Assembly: GCA_030696455.1 (NCBI GenBank)
Contig: JAUYSH010000110.1
Location: forward strand, 3,794-67,793
DNA length: 64,000 nt
Reading direction: 5' to 3'
From: Elusimicrobiota bacterium
GTDB lineage: Bacteria; Elusimicrobiota; Elusimicrobia; UBA1565; UBA9628
Shown here: positions 8,944 through 18,755 of the stretch, one piece after another
Position numbering within the stretch: position 1 is the stretch's first letter
Layout of the letters: each line of letters begins with the position of its first letter
The notes under the pieces: generated by a model
The model's database searches: none
The model's input: only the letters and a program-made list of their open reading frames with translations
Told to the model about the DNA's origin: nothing
Position numbers and translations under genes: made by a program

Positions 8944-9420
8944 TCAGGGCTTGGCGGGCGCCCTTCGGGCCAGGTTCTCGGCGATCATGGCCTTGACCTC
9001 GTCGGCGTCGCGGGCGATGCGCTTGAGCTCGAGGACGGCCAGCTTCTGGACGCGCAGCTTCTCGCGGACCGAGGCCATGATCTGGAGCTTCTCGCGCTCG
9101 GTGATGTTCGGGTAGTCGCGGTGATCGGGGTTCGCCGCGATCTCCTTGATAAGCCCGGGGGTCATGCGGTCATCGTACTTGCGGTAGGCCACGACGATGT
9201 CCTCGATGGCCAGCTCCGCCTCATCCGAGCGCAGTTCCGTCTCGCGGCGCTTGTCCTGGAGGACGAACAGGCGCTCGTACAGGGCGGCCAGGGCGAGGTT
9301 CTCGTTGCCCTCGACGGCGGTCCGGGCCATGGTCAGGCCTTGGGCGACGGAGGCGTCGAACTCCGCTGCGAACGACGAGGCGGGGACGGCCAGGAGGGCG
9401 GCGAGGAGGATCGGTTTCAT
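8944..9420 (-). CDS. Exported helical hypothetical protein
   Basis: Signal MKPILLAALLAVPASSFA; TAGAAT 6 nt before ATG. Confidence 0.75.
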   Translation of the reverse strand: MKPILLAALLAVPASSFAAEFDASVAQGLTMARTAVEGNENLALAALYERLFVLQDKRRETELRSDEAELAIEDIVVAYRKYDDRMTPGLIKEIAANPDHRDYPNITEREKLQIMASVREKLRVQKLAVLELKRIARDADEVKAMIAENLARRAPAKP

Positions 9421-9480
9421 GAGCCGATTCTAGCACGATTCTTAAGCCAGCGGCGCGAGCGACTTTGACAAGTCGACGGC

Positions 9481-9521
9481 AACTGTTTCCGGAAACAGTC
9501 GACTGACGGTACCGTCAGTCG
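9481..9521. repeat. AACTGTTTCCGGAAACAGT palindrome followed by perfect palindrome CGACTGACGGTACCGTCAGTCG
   Basis: Read directly; same core as at 8886. Confidence 0.9.
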
Positions 9522-9547
9522 GGAAGCAAACTGGGAGCTTCTGCCCA

Positions 9548-9576
9548 TTGCGCGGCCCTCGTTTTCCCCTTACAAT
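9548..9576 (+). promoter_or_regulatory. Putative sigma70 promoter TTGCGC-N17-TACAAT
   Basis: Consensus-like hexamers with 17-bp spacer upstream of the 9608 operon. Confidence 0.5.
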
Positions 9577-9607
9577 TGCACGTCGGCCAATTTGCTACCC
9601 TCCCCCC

Positions 9608-10612
9608 ATGAAGCGGATTCTCTGCGCCGGCCTCGTTTTCCTCGCCGCCCACGCGGGCGCGGCGATGCCCGCCAAGGTCAAGCGCGGCAACCTCGAGATC
9701 CGGGTGAAGGTCACGGGCACGGTCATCGCCGACGACATCTTCCGCATCAAGTCCACGATCGAGGGCCGCGTCGAGAGCGTGCTGACCTCGACATACGTCT
9801 GGCGCGGCGCCGACCAGCATCTCGCGTTCCTGGCCCATAAGGAGCTCGCGGCGATGCTCGACTCCAAGGGCGCGCAGAACGTGGACATCCTCGAGGACCG
9901 CTGGCAGCGCGTTTACCGGCCGACCTCGGCGCGCTGTCCGGACACGTGCTTCATCCTCAAGAGTTTCCTGAAGCCCAAGACCTGGGTGCGGCCCGAGTCG
10001 GTGATGTTCGAGGCGGCGTCGACGCTCAAGCTCGTCGCCCGCGTCCGGCCCGAGGACGCCTCCTGGATCCGCGACGGCCAGGACCTGGTCTTTTGGCCGC
10101 TCAACGACCCGAAGCGCCGGCTCAAGGGCCGGGTGGCCAAGTTCATCCTCGACATCCAAGGGGAAAAGGTCACGCCCGGCGGCACCTTTACCCTGCTCAT
10201 GTCGCCGGACCGGTACTTCAATCCGGGCACCGAATGGGAAGGCGAGATCGTGCCCATGTCGAAGAAGGACGTGCTTTACGTGCCCACCGGCGCGCTGATC
10301 CGCGAAGGCGGCGCCACCTATCTCCCCGTGCGCGTCTCGACCGGGATCACGACGGAAGGGCTGACCCAGATCACGGCCGGCATCGAGGTCAACCGCGACG
10401 TCCTGGTGCTCGACGACGAGCAGCTGAAGGGCTCCCAGCGGCACCGGCAGGAGGCGGACCTCGAAGCCCTGCGCGCGAAGGCGCGCGCGCAGCGCGGCGA
10501 GGAGGAATCAGCCGGCCCGTCCATCGACCCCGTACCCGTGAAGAAGAAGCCCAAGCACGCCGAGGTCTTGGACGACATCGATTACGGAGAGGATCCCTAT
10601 GGCGAGCCCTAG
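9608..10612 (+). CDS. Periplasmic adaptor (HlyD/MFP)-like protein with very short helical hairpin
   Basis: VKRGNLEIRVKVTGTV, IKSTIEGRVESV, VLYVPTGAL, VSTGIT..GLTQITAG. Confidence 0.7.
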   Translation: MKRILCAGLVFLAAHAGAAMPAKVKRGNLEIRVKVTGTVIADDIFRIKSTIEGRVESVLTSTYVWRGADQHLAFLAHKELAAMLDSKGAQNVDILEDRWQRVYRPTSARCPDTCFILKSFLKPKTWVRPESVMFEAASTLKLVARVRPEDASWIRDGQDLVFWPLNDPKRRLKGRVAKFILDIQGEKVTPGGTFTLLMSPDRYFNPGTEWEGEIVPMSKKDVLYVPTGALIREGGATYLPVRVSTGITTEGLTQITAGIEVNRDVLVLDDEQLKGSQRHRQEADLEALRAKARAQRGEEESAGPSIDPVPVKKKPKHAEVLDDIDYGEDPYGEP

Positions 10613-11843
10613 CAAGCCCAACATCGCGCCGACGCGCCGCGTCCTGGCGATCGTGCTGGCCGGCGGCAAGGGCGAGCGCCTGCACCCGCTGACGCACGAG
10701 CGCTCCAAGCCGGCCGTGCCCTTCGGCGGCAAGTACCGCATCGTCGATTTCGTCCTCTCCAACCTCGTCAACTCGGGCATGCTCTCGATCTACGTTCTCG
10801 TGCAGTACATGTCGCAGAGCCTCATCGAGCACCTGCGCTCCAACTGGCGAACCGCCGGCCTCACGCGGGAGCACTTCATCACCGTCGTGCCCCCGCAGAT
10901 GCGCCTGGGCACGATGTGGTACCGCGGGACGGCGGACGCGGTGCGCCAGAACCTGAACCTGATCCACGACTACGACCCCGACTTCGTCGTCGTCTTCGGC
11001 GCGGACCACGTCTACCGCATGGACGTCGGGCAGATGGTGCAGTGGCACGTCGAGAAAGGCGCCGACGTGACGATCTCGACGATCCCGGTCCCCTTGAAGA
11101 GCGTCCCGTCCTTCGGCATCGTGGAGACGGACGCGAAGGGGCGCGTGTCCGGCTTCGTCGAGAAGCCTTTGACGGCGGATCCGATGCCGGGAAGCACGAC
11201 CCACGCGCTGGCGTCGATGGGCAATTACGTCTTCACCAAGGACGTTCTCGTGGATCTGCTCAAGAATCACCACAAAGACGAAAGCGATCTCGACTTCGGG
11301 AAGAACGTCCTCCCGGCCATCCTGAAATCCCATAAATTGTACGCCTACGACTTCTCGACCAACGTGCTGCCCGGGCTCAAGCCGTACGAGGAGCAATCCT
11401 ACTGGCGCGACGTGGGGACGCTGAGCGCGTACTACCAGTCGAACATGGACATACTGGGAGCCCGACCCCGGCTCAACCTCAATAATCGCCGCTGGTTCAT
11501 CCACTCCGGGCGCTACGACGGCCCCCCTGCCAAAGTGCTCGACGGCAAGCTGACGAACTGCATCATCAGCGACGGCTGCTTCGTGCGCAACGCGACGATC
11601 AAGAACTCGATCATCGGGCGCGGGGTGCACATCCACGACGGCGCGGTGATCGAGGACTCGATCATCATGGACTTCTGCAAGGTCCGCTCCGAAGCCCACC
11701 TCAAGCGCGTGATCGTGGACCGCTTCAACGAGATCCCGACGAAGCTGAAGGTCGGCTTCAACGCCGAGGAGGACGCGAAGCGCTATTTCGTCGATCCGAG
11801 CGGCCTCGTGATCGTCCCGCGCGGCGAAACCCTCCAGCGGTGA
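10599..11843 (+). CDS. glgC: Glucose-1-phosphate adenylyltransferase
   Basis: LAGGKGERLHPLT..RSKPAVPFGGKYR, WYRGTADAV, FVEKP, SMGNYVF, YWRDVGT. Confidence 0.97.
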   Translation: MASPSKPNIAPTRRVLAIVLAGGKGERLHPLTHERSKPAVPFGGKYRIVDFVLSNLVNSGMLSIYVLVQYMSQSLIEHLRSNWRTAGLTREHFITVVPPQMRLGTMWYRGTADAVRQNLNLIHDYDPDFVVVFGADHVYRMDVGQMVQWHVEKGADVTISTIPVPLKSVPSFGIVETDAKGRVSGFVEKPLTADPMPGSTTHALASMGNYVFTKDVLVDLLKNHHKDESDLDFGKNVLPAILKSHKLYAYDFSTNVLPGLKPYEEQSYWRDVGTLSAYYQSNMDILGARPRLNLNNRRWFIHSGRYDGPPAKVLDGKLTNCIISDGCFVRNATIKNSIIGRGVHIHDGAVIEDSIIMDFCKVRSEAHLKRVIVDRFNEIPTKLKVGFNAEEDAKRYFVDPSGLVIVPRGETLQR

Positions 11844-12532
11844 GCGCCCGGGTTCTCGCCGTCGAGGACACCCCCGCGCTGCGCGCGCTGCTGCAGCTGT
11901 GCCTGACGCGGGCGGGCTACGCCGTCGTCCTCGCCGAGGACGGCGGGGCCGCGGTGGAGATGTTCCTCGCCGGGGAATTCGACGCGGTCGTCATGGACAT
12001 CCAGATGCCGGTGCTCGACGGCCTCGCGGCGGTCGCGCGCATGCGCGAATGGGAGAAAGGTCAAAATCGCGCTCCGGTTCCCATGCTCGCGCTGACCGCG
12101 AACACGGAGCCCGGCGACCTGCGCCGCTGCCTCGAGGCGGGCTTCACGGCGACGGTGCGCAAGCCCTTCGGCCTCGAGGACCTCCTGGCCGCCGTCGCGC
12201 GCGAACTCGGCGCCCGTCCCGCGCCTGCCGGCGATGATCGCATCCTCATCGCCGCAGATCCCGAGTTCGCCGATCTCATCCCGCCGTTCCTCGACAACTG
12301 CCGGCGCGAGGCCTCCGCGATGCGGCGGGCCCTCGAACGAGGAGACTACAAGGAGATCGCCGCCGCGAGCCACAAGCTGACGGGCGCGGGCGCCAGCTTC
12401 GGATTTCAACCCCTCAGCGACGAAAGCCGCCGCATCGAGGCCGCGGCGAAGTCCGCCGACCCCGCGGGCGTGAAAGCCCATCTCGAGGCGATCGGGCTCT
12501 ACCTCGACAAGGTGAAGGTGATCTATCCATGA
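11840..12532 (+). CDS. Response regulator with Hpt domain (REC-Hpt)
   Basis: MDIQMPVLDG, ALTAN, KP; SHKLTGAGASFGF Hpt motif. Confidence 0.9.
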   Translation: MSARVLAVEDTPALRALLQLCLTRAGYAVVLAEDGGAAVEMFLAGEFDAVVMDIQMPVLDGLAAVARMREWEKGQNRAPVPMLALTANTEPGDLRRCLEAGFTATVRKPFGLEDLLAAVARELGARPAPAGDDRILIAADPEFADLIPPFLDNCRREASAMRRALERGDYKEIAAASHKLTGAGASFGFQPLSDESRRIEAAAKSADPAGVKAHLEAIGLYLDKVKVIYP

Positions 12533-14946
12533 GCGAAGCCCTCAAGCCCCTGATCCTGAGCGTCGAGGACGACGACAGCATGCGGATGCTGATCGAGCGA
12601 ATCCTCGTCAACGGCGGCTACGCCGTGCGTCCCTTTCCGGACGGAAAAGCGGCGCTCGAATGGCTGAAGACCGGCCGCCCCGACCTGATCCTGACCGACG
12701 TGATGATGCCCGGCGCGACCGGCTACGAATTCTGCGCCCAGCTCCAGTCCGACCCGGAGCTGGCGCTGATCCCCGTCATCTTCCTGACCGCGCTCGACAC
12801 CGCGCAGGACAAGACGCAGGCGCTGGCCGCGGGCGCGGTGGGCTTCCTCGCCAAGCCTCTCGACAAGAAGTCCCTGCTCGAGGCCGTCGCCGAGCATGCC
12901 CGGACCAAGGGCCGCTGGGCCGGGCTGAAGGAGGGCCTCGTCGCCGCGGCCTGGGCGCCCGACGCGCAGCGGCCGCGCTTCGCGACCGTCAAGCTCGCCG
13001 CGGAATCCGCGGGACTGGAGTATCTCGCGAACATCAATCCCGAGACGATCCGCCTCGGCGTCCTGCCGGCCCCGTTCTGCCGGAAGAATCAGGTGATCGC
13101 GGTCGAGGACGCTCGAGGGCCCGCCTTCGTCGTGGGTGACCCGTTCAACCGGGAGCTCCTCGGCCTGCTCGGCCGCTACGCCGAGGGCGCCGAGGCCCGC
13201 ATACTCGTCACCGAACCCCCGAACATCGCGATGCTGCTAAAGCGGCCCGACAAGGACCGGCTCAAGTCCCGCCTCGACGACGGCCTCGAGGAGGTTTCCA
13301 TCGCCGAGATCTCGGCGAACATCCTCGACAGCGCGGTCTACGAGCGCGCCAGCGACATCCACATCGAGCCGAAGAGCGACGCGACCGTCGTGCGCTTCCG
13401 CATCGACGGAGACATGCGCGAGGTCTACCAGCTCAAATCCCTGACGGGCCTGCAGCTGATCACCCGCTTCAAGGCGCAGGGCCGGCTCGACATCGCGGAA
13501 CGGCGCAAGCCCCAGGACGGGTCGATGGAGCTCGAGATCGACGGCCGCACCTTCATCCTGCGCCTCGCCACGACCTGCACCCCGGCCGGCGAGAGCCTGA
13601 TCCTGCGCCTGCTCGAGCCCTGGGCCAAGGCGAAGCCTCTCGAGGAGCTCGGGATGTCCCCCGCGCAGGTCAAGCACATGGTGGACTTCGCCCACCGCAA
13701 CCACGGGCTGATCGTCATCGCCGGGCCGACGGGCTCGGGGAAGACGACGACGATCTACAGCCTTCTCCAGCACATCGACTGCAAGAAGCGCAGCCTGATC
13801 TCCGTCGAGGACCCGGTCGAGTACCGCATCCCCAGCGCCAACCAGCAGCAGGTCGACGAGAAGGCGGGCCTCACCTTCGAAGCCCTGCTGAAGTCCTCGC
13901 TGCGCCAGGACCCCGACATCCTGTTCTTGGGCGAGATGCGCGACCCCTTCTCCGCGAAGATGGCGATCGACTTCTCGAGCACCGGCCACCTGACGATCAG
14001 TTCCGTGCACACGACGAACGCGACGACGGCGATCTTCCGCCTCGAGCGCATCGGCATCACGCGCGGGGCCATGGCCGACAGTATTTTGGGCGTGATCGCC
14101 CAGAAGCTGCTCAAGCGCCTCTGCCCTCACTGCAAGAAGACCGGGCCGACGACGGACGAGGAGCGCGCCTGGTTCGCCCCGTTCACCGACGACATCCCCG
14201 CCCAGGTCGCGCGCCCCGTCGGCTGCCTCAAGTGCGGCGGCACGGGCTTCCTCGGCCGTGAGGGCATCTACGAGATCGTGAAGTTCTACCCGGAGATCTC
14301 GGACATGATCCGCCGCGACGTCCCGATCTCCCAGATCCGCGATTTCGCCCGGCAACGCGGCGATATCCTGATCGTCGACCACGCCGTCGAGAAGGTCCGC
14401 GCCCTGCTCTTCGACGCCCGCAACGTCTACGAGAACGTTTTGCTCGAGGAGTCGGAATACCGCCGATCACCGGGCGCCAAGATCGCGGCCGCCGATCCCG
14501 TGCCGTCGAATTCGGCCGAGGCCGCGAATCGGACCAATACGCCCCCAAAACCTCCCGCCATCATCATGGACGCCGGGAAGGCTACGGCAACGATACTCGT
14601 CGCCGAGGACGACGCCGACACCCGCTTCCTGATCCAGCGCGTGCTCGAGAACCAAGGCTACGCCGTCACGACCGCCGCCGACGGCGTCGAGGCCCTCTCC
14701 CGTCTCGCGGCGGGGACCTTCGACCTCATCCTGTCCGACGTCAACATGCCCAACCTCGACGGCCTCAAGCTGATGGAGATCAAGGCGCAGAAGAGGATCG
14801 ATACGCCCGTGATCTTCTTCACCGCCGAAGAAGAAGGCGAGGCCCGGGCGCTCGCGCTGGGCGCCGAGGACTACATCAAGAAGCCCGCCGCCAAGGAAGT
14901 GATCGTCCAGCGCGTGCGCCGCGCGCTGGAGCGGCGGAAGCGATGA
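12529..14946 (+). CDS. GspE/PilB-family ATPase with N- and C-terminal receiver domains
   Basis: REC (EDDD, LTDVMMP); ASDIHIEP; GPTGSGKT; EDPVE; LRQDPD..GEMRD; TGHL; CPHC/CLKC; REC (AEDD, LSDVNMP, KP). Confidence 0.9.
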   Translation: MSEALKPLILSVEDDDSMRMLIERILVNGGYAVRPFPDGKAALEWLKTGRPDLILTDVMMPGATGYEFCAQLQSDPELALIPVIFLTALDTAQDKTQALAAGAVGFLAKPLDKKSLLEAVAEHARTKGRWAGLKEGLVAAAWAPDAQRPRFATVKLAAESAGLEYLANINPETIRLGVLPAPFCRKNQVIAVEDARGPAFVVGDPFNRELLGLLGRYAEGAEARILVTEPPNIAMLLKRPDKDRLKSRLDDGLEEVSIAEISANILDSAVYERASDIHIEPKSDATVVRFRIDGDMREVYQLKSLTGLQLITRFKAQGRLDIAERRKPQDGSMELEIDGRTFILRLATTCTPAGESLILRLLEPWAKAKPLEELGMSPAQVKHMVDFAHRNHGLIVIAGPTGSGKTTTIYSLLQHIDCKKRSLISVEDPVEYRIPSANQQQVDEKAGLTFEALLKSSLRQDPDILFLGEMRDPFSAKMAIDFSSTGHLTISSVHTTNATTAIFRLERIGITRGAMADSILGVIAQKLLKRLCPHCKKTGPTTDEERAWFAPFTDDIPAQVARPVGCLKCGGTGFLGREGIYEIVKFYPEISDMIRRDVPISQIRDFARQRGDILIVDHAVEKVRALLFDARNVYENVLLEESEYRRSPGAKIAAADPVPSNSAEAANRTNTPPKPPAIIMDAGKATATILVAEDDADTRFLIQRVLENQGYAVTTAADGVEALSRLAAGTFDLILSDVNMPNLDGLKLMEIKAQKRIDTPVIFFTAEEEGEARALALGAEDYIKKPAAKEVIVQRVRRALERRKR

Positions 14947-14966
14947 GCCTCCTCACCGGCGGCTGA

Positions 14967-14984
14967 GCTGTTTCCGGAAACAGC
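14967..14984. repeat. Palindrome GCTGTTTCCGGAAACAGC
   Basis: Third copy of the CTGTTTCCGGAAACAG core. Confidence 0.85.
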
Positions 14985-15052
14985 CGCGGCGGCTCGCGCC
15001 GTCGCGAGTTCCTCCCCTGCGCGACCCGGGGCGAAATGGTTACAATGACCTC

Positions 15053-17356
15053 GTGAGCCACCGGCACATCTGCGTCCACGGCCATTTTTACCAGCCCCCG
15101 CGGGAGAACCCGTGGACGGGCGCGGTCGACCGTGAGGGCTCGGCGGCCCCGTTCCACGACTGGAACGCGCGAATCGCCGAGGAGTGCTACGGGCCGATCA
15201 CCTTGGGCGTGCGCGCAGGCAGCGACGGGCGCACGATCGCCTACGACGAGACCCTCAAGAGGCTTTCCTACAATTTCAGCCCGACCTTGCTCGCCTGGCT
15301 CGAAAAGGAGCGGCCCGCCCTCCTCAGCCGCGTGCTCGCCGCCGACGCCGCCACGCAGACGGCCATCGCCCAGCCCTATTTTCACAATATCCTGCCCTTC
15401 GAGTCGCGCCGCGACAAGGAGACCTTGGTGCGCTGGGGGCTGGCCGAGTTCCGGCATCGCTATAAAAGAGAAGCCAAAGGCCTCTGGCTGCCCGAGACCG
15501 CGGTGGACGTCGAGACGCTCGAGGTGCTCGCCGGGTGCGGCGTCGAATTCACCATACTCGACCCCAAGCAAGGCGAAGCGGTCAAAGGCCTGGGCTCAGA
15601 CGACTGGGTCAAGGTCGACGCTGAGCACCTCGACCCCAAGACTCCTTACTTATGGGTCTCGCCCAAGGACCCGTCCAAGAGCCTCGTCATCTTCTTCTAC
15701 CATCATCGCCTGTCGACGGGAATCGTCAGCGGCGAGACTATGGTCAGCGCGGAGCACTTCGCCGCGGCCGTGCACTCTCGCCTGATGCCCAATGACGCGG
15801 CTCAGCTCGTCCACGTCGCTTCCGACGGCGAATTCTACGGACATCACCACCCGGGAGCGGAGCGCGTGCTGGCGCTGACGCTCGACCTCCTCAAGGCGGA
15901 TGGCATCCCCGCGATCGATCCCGCCCGGTTTCTGGCCCTGTTCCCCCCGCCGCATGAGGTCCGCATCCGCGAGAACACGGCCTGGAGCTGCGACCACGGG
16001 CTCGGTAGATGGGACAAGGACTGCGGCTGTCGATCCTCTCACCTGCCGGCCTGGAACCAGGAATGGCGCACGGGCCTGCGCGACGCGCTCAACAAGCTGG
16101 CGCACCGCCTCGACGCGTTCTACGAGGACGACGCCGCGCGCTTCTTCGACGACCCGTGGAAGGTCCGCGATGAATCGGCGGCGATGTGGCTCGAGCCCGG
16201 AGGCGAGCGCGCCTCCGCCTTCTTGAAGGCGCGCGCCAAGCGGCCGCTGACCGCGGAGGAGAAGACGCGCGCCCTTGAGCTGCTGATGATGCAGCGCGAG
16301 CGCCTGGCCATGTTCACGAGCTGCGGCTGGTTCTTCGACGACATCTCCGGCGTCGAGGCCGTGCTTTGCCTGACGCGCGCGGCGCGCGCGATCGACCTGG
16401 CCAAGCTCCTCGGCGAAGACCCCGAGGAGAGCTTCGTCTGGCGGCTGGAGTCGTGCGTGTCGAACATGCCGTGCTACGGGAACGGCGCTAAGGTCTGGAG
16501 GACCTTGGTCGCCTCGGCGCGCGTCGGCCTGCCTCGGGCGGCCGCGCACGCGGCCATGCTCGACCATCTCGACCTTCCGGCGCCGGAGCCTCCGCTCCTG
16601 CGATGGAAGGCCGGCCCCGCGTTCCGTGCCGACAAGGCCGGCCTCGCCGGCCGTTCGCGGACCCTGTCGATCAGGGATGTGTCGGTCCGAACCGTGGATA
16701 CGCACCAGAGCGCCGAATTCCACGCCCTCGTCCATCGCGCCGACCGCCTCGACTTCGCCTGCTGGCTCTCCCCGCGCCGGGATCCCTTGGATCCGGTCCT
16801 CGTCGGGGACCAGTTTTTGCGCCTGACGGACGACGAATTCCGCGCCGCCATGGACGAGCGCTTCGGCGCCGCACGCTTCGGGCTCGACGCCGTTCTCAAC
16901 GACGAGCGCTCCGAGGTCGTCAAGGCGCTGGCGGGCGAGGGCGCGCTCGGCGCGTCGCGGGCGGCCTACCTCAAGCGGTGGGTCGAGTGCATGGCCGCCT
17001 TCCGCCGCGGCGGCGAGGAGGACGAGGCGGTGCTTCAGCTGCTCTCCGAGTCGGCCGTGCATGCCTTCAACGCCGCCGAGCTGCCATGGTCCTCGGAGCT
17101 CGAGGACCGGCTGCACCGGCACATGGAGGCCGTCGTCTCGGAGCCCATCGACTCGGCGCGGGTCTCACGCGCCCTGCGCTGGCTCGACGTGCTCTGGGAC
17201 GCCGGCCTGCTCGCCGGCACCTGGCGCCTGCGCGACGCGCAGGCCCGCTGGTCGTCGGCGCTCGAGGGCCGGGGCCCGTCGGCGGCGCTCGACGCCTGCC
17301 GCGCGGTCGGCGCCCGGCTCGGGCTCGCGGACTTTTCACGGGGGATCGCTTCATGA
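15053..17356 (+). CDS. GH57-family glycoside hydrolase with DUF3536-like region
   Basis: HGHFYQPPRENPW, PFHDWNARI, WLPETAVD, DGEFYGHH, WSCDHG, MFTSCGWFFD. Confidence 0.9.
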   Translation: MSHRHICVHGHFYQPPRENPWTGAVDREGSAAPFHDWNARIAEECYGPITLGVRAGSDGRTIAYDETLKRLSYNFSPTLLAWLEKERPALLSRVLAADAATQTAIAQPYFHNILPFESRRDKETLVRWGLAEFRHRYKREAKGLWLPETAVDVETLEVLAGCGVEFTILDPKQGEAVKGLGSDDWVKVDAEHLDPKTPYLWVSPKDPSKSLVIFFYHHRLSTGIVSGETMVSAEHFAAAVHSRLMPNDAAQLVHVASDGEFYGHHHPGAERVLALTLDLLKADGIPAIDPARFLALFPPPHEVRIRENTAWSCDHGLGRWDKDCGCRSSHLPAWNQEWRTGLRDALNKLAHRLDAFYEDDAARFFDDPWKVRDESAAMWLEPGGERASAFLKARAKRPLTAEEKTRALELLMMQRERLAMFTSCGWFFDDISGVEAVLCLTRAARAIDLAKLLGEDPEESFVWRLESCVSNMPCYGNGAKVWRTLVASARVGLPRAAAHAAMLDHLDLPAPEPPLLRWKAGPAFRADKAGLAGRSRTLSIRDVSVRTVDTHQSAEFHALVHRADRLDFACWLSPRRDPLDPVLVGDQFLRLTDDEFRAAMDERFGAARFGLDAVLNDERSEVVKALAGEGALGASRAAYLKRWVECMAAFRRGGEEDEAVLQLLSESAVHAFNAAELPWSSELEDRLHRHMEAVVSEPIDSARVSRALRWLDVLWDAGLLAGTWRLRDAQARWSSALEGRGPSAALDACRAVGARLGLADFSRGIAS

Positions 17357-18309
17357 CCAGCAAGCTCATACGCCTCAACGGCCAGGCCGAGACGGTCCGT
17401 CTGCTCGGCGAGCAGGACGCCCGCCTGCGCGAATTAGAAAGGGATTTCGGAGTGGAGATATTCCTGCGCCAGGACGCCGAGAGCGGCGACCTGTCTCTGA
17501 CGGTCAAGGGAAGCGCCCAGCGCGTGGAGAAGGCCGCCAAGCGACTGCGCGCCGAGATCGAGGCCCTGCGGCGGCGGGCCGCCCCCGTCGATCCGCGCGG
17601 CTTCGAGCCGATCAACCTCGACGCGCCGTCGCTGCCCGAGGACGGCCTCTACCGCGCCCACAGCGGCAAGGTCCTGCGGGCGCGCACGCCGAACCAGCAG
17701 AAGTACTGCGATACAATCGGCGAGCATGACCTGACCTTCGGCATCGGCCCGGCCGGCACGGGCAAGACCTTTCTCGCGGTCGCCTGCGCCCTGCGCGCCC
17801 TCGAGCAGCGCCACGTGACGAAGATCGTGCTCTCGCGCCCGGTCGTCGAGGCGGGCGAGAAGCTCGGCTTCCTGCCGGGCGACCTGATGGAGAAGGTGAA
17901 CCCCTACCTGCGCCCTCTCTACGACGCCTTCATCGCGCTCCTCGGCGGCGAGCGCTTCCGCACCTGGCGGGACAACGACGTCATCGAGATCGTGCCGCTG
18001 GCCTACATGCGCGGGCGCACGTTCGAGGACGCGTTCATGATCCTCGACGAGGCTCAGAACACCACGCCCGAGCAGATGAAGATGTTCCTCACCCGCATGG
18101 GCACGGGCTCCAAGGCCGTCGTCACCGGCGACACCACGCAGAACGACCTCGGCGCGCGCGCGACCTCGGGGCTGGTGCGCGTGCTGGAGATCCTCAAGGG
18201 CGTGGAGGGCATGGCGACGGTGCGCATGGGCGAGGTCGACGTCTCCCGCCACCCGATCGTCAAGCGCATCATCCGCGCCTACGACAAATGGGACGAGAAG
18301 ACGTCATGA
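17353..18309 (+). CDS. phoH: PhoH-family ATPase
   Basis: GPAGTGKT, RPVVEAGEKLGFLPGD, YMRGRT, ILDEAQN. Confidence 0.95.
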   Translation: MTSKLIRLNGQAETVRLLGEQDARLRELERDFGVEIFLRQDAESGDLSLTVKGSAQRVEKAAKRLRAEIEALRRRAAPVDPRGFEPINLDAPSLPEDGLYRAHSGKVLRARTPNQQKYCDTIGEHDLTFGIGPAGTGKTFLAVACALRALEQRHVTKIVLSRPVVEAGEKLGFLPGDLMEKVNPYLRPLYDAFIALLGGERFRTWRDNDVIEIVPLAYMRGRTFEDAFMILDEAQNTTPEQMKMFLTRMGTGSKAVVTGDTTQNDLGARATSGLVRVLEILKGVEGMATVRMGEVDVSRHPIVKRIIRAYDKWDEKTS

Positions 18310-18755
18310 GGATCATCATCGCGGGCATGGCGTCGCTGCCGGCCGCCGCCCGCAGGGGCGCGCTCTATCAGAAGGCGGTGCGCCTGGCCTTCGGCGCGTC
18401 GAGGAAGGCCGCCGGCCGCCGGGGCGAGGTCAACGTCGTGTTCCTCGGGCGCGCCGCGATGCTGCGCATGAACCGCCATTACCTCGGCCACGACTACGAT
18501 ACCGACGTCATTTCCTTCTCCCACGAGGCCGTTCCGGGGCTGACAGGAAATGAGACCCCGATCGGGGACATCTTCATCTCCTCGTGGATGGCCCGGCGTC
18601 AGGCGAAAGCCCTCGGCCATTCCGTCGCCGTCGAGGCCTCGACGCTCGCCGTCCACGGCGCCCTGCATCTGACCGGCCACGACGACCACCGCCCCGCCGC
18701 CAAAGCGCGCATGTTCAAGGTTCAGGACCGGATCGTCGCCTCTTTGCATGCCTAA
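18306..18755 (+). CDS. ybeY: rRNA maturation RNase YbeY
   Basis: TDVISF, GDIFIS, HGALHLTGHDD; follows phoH. Confidence 0.92.
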   Translation: MRIIIAGMASLPAAARRGALYQKAVRLAFGASRKAAGRRGEVNVVFLGRAAMLRMNRHYLGHDYDTDVISFSHEAVPGLTGNETPIGDIFISSWMARRQAKALGHSVAVEASTLAVHGALHLTGHDDHRPAAKARMFKVQDRIVASLHA

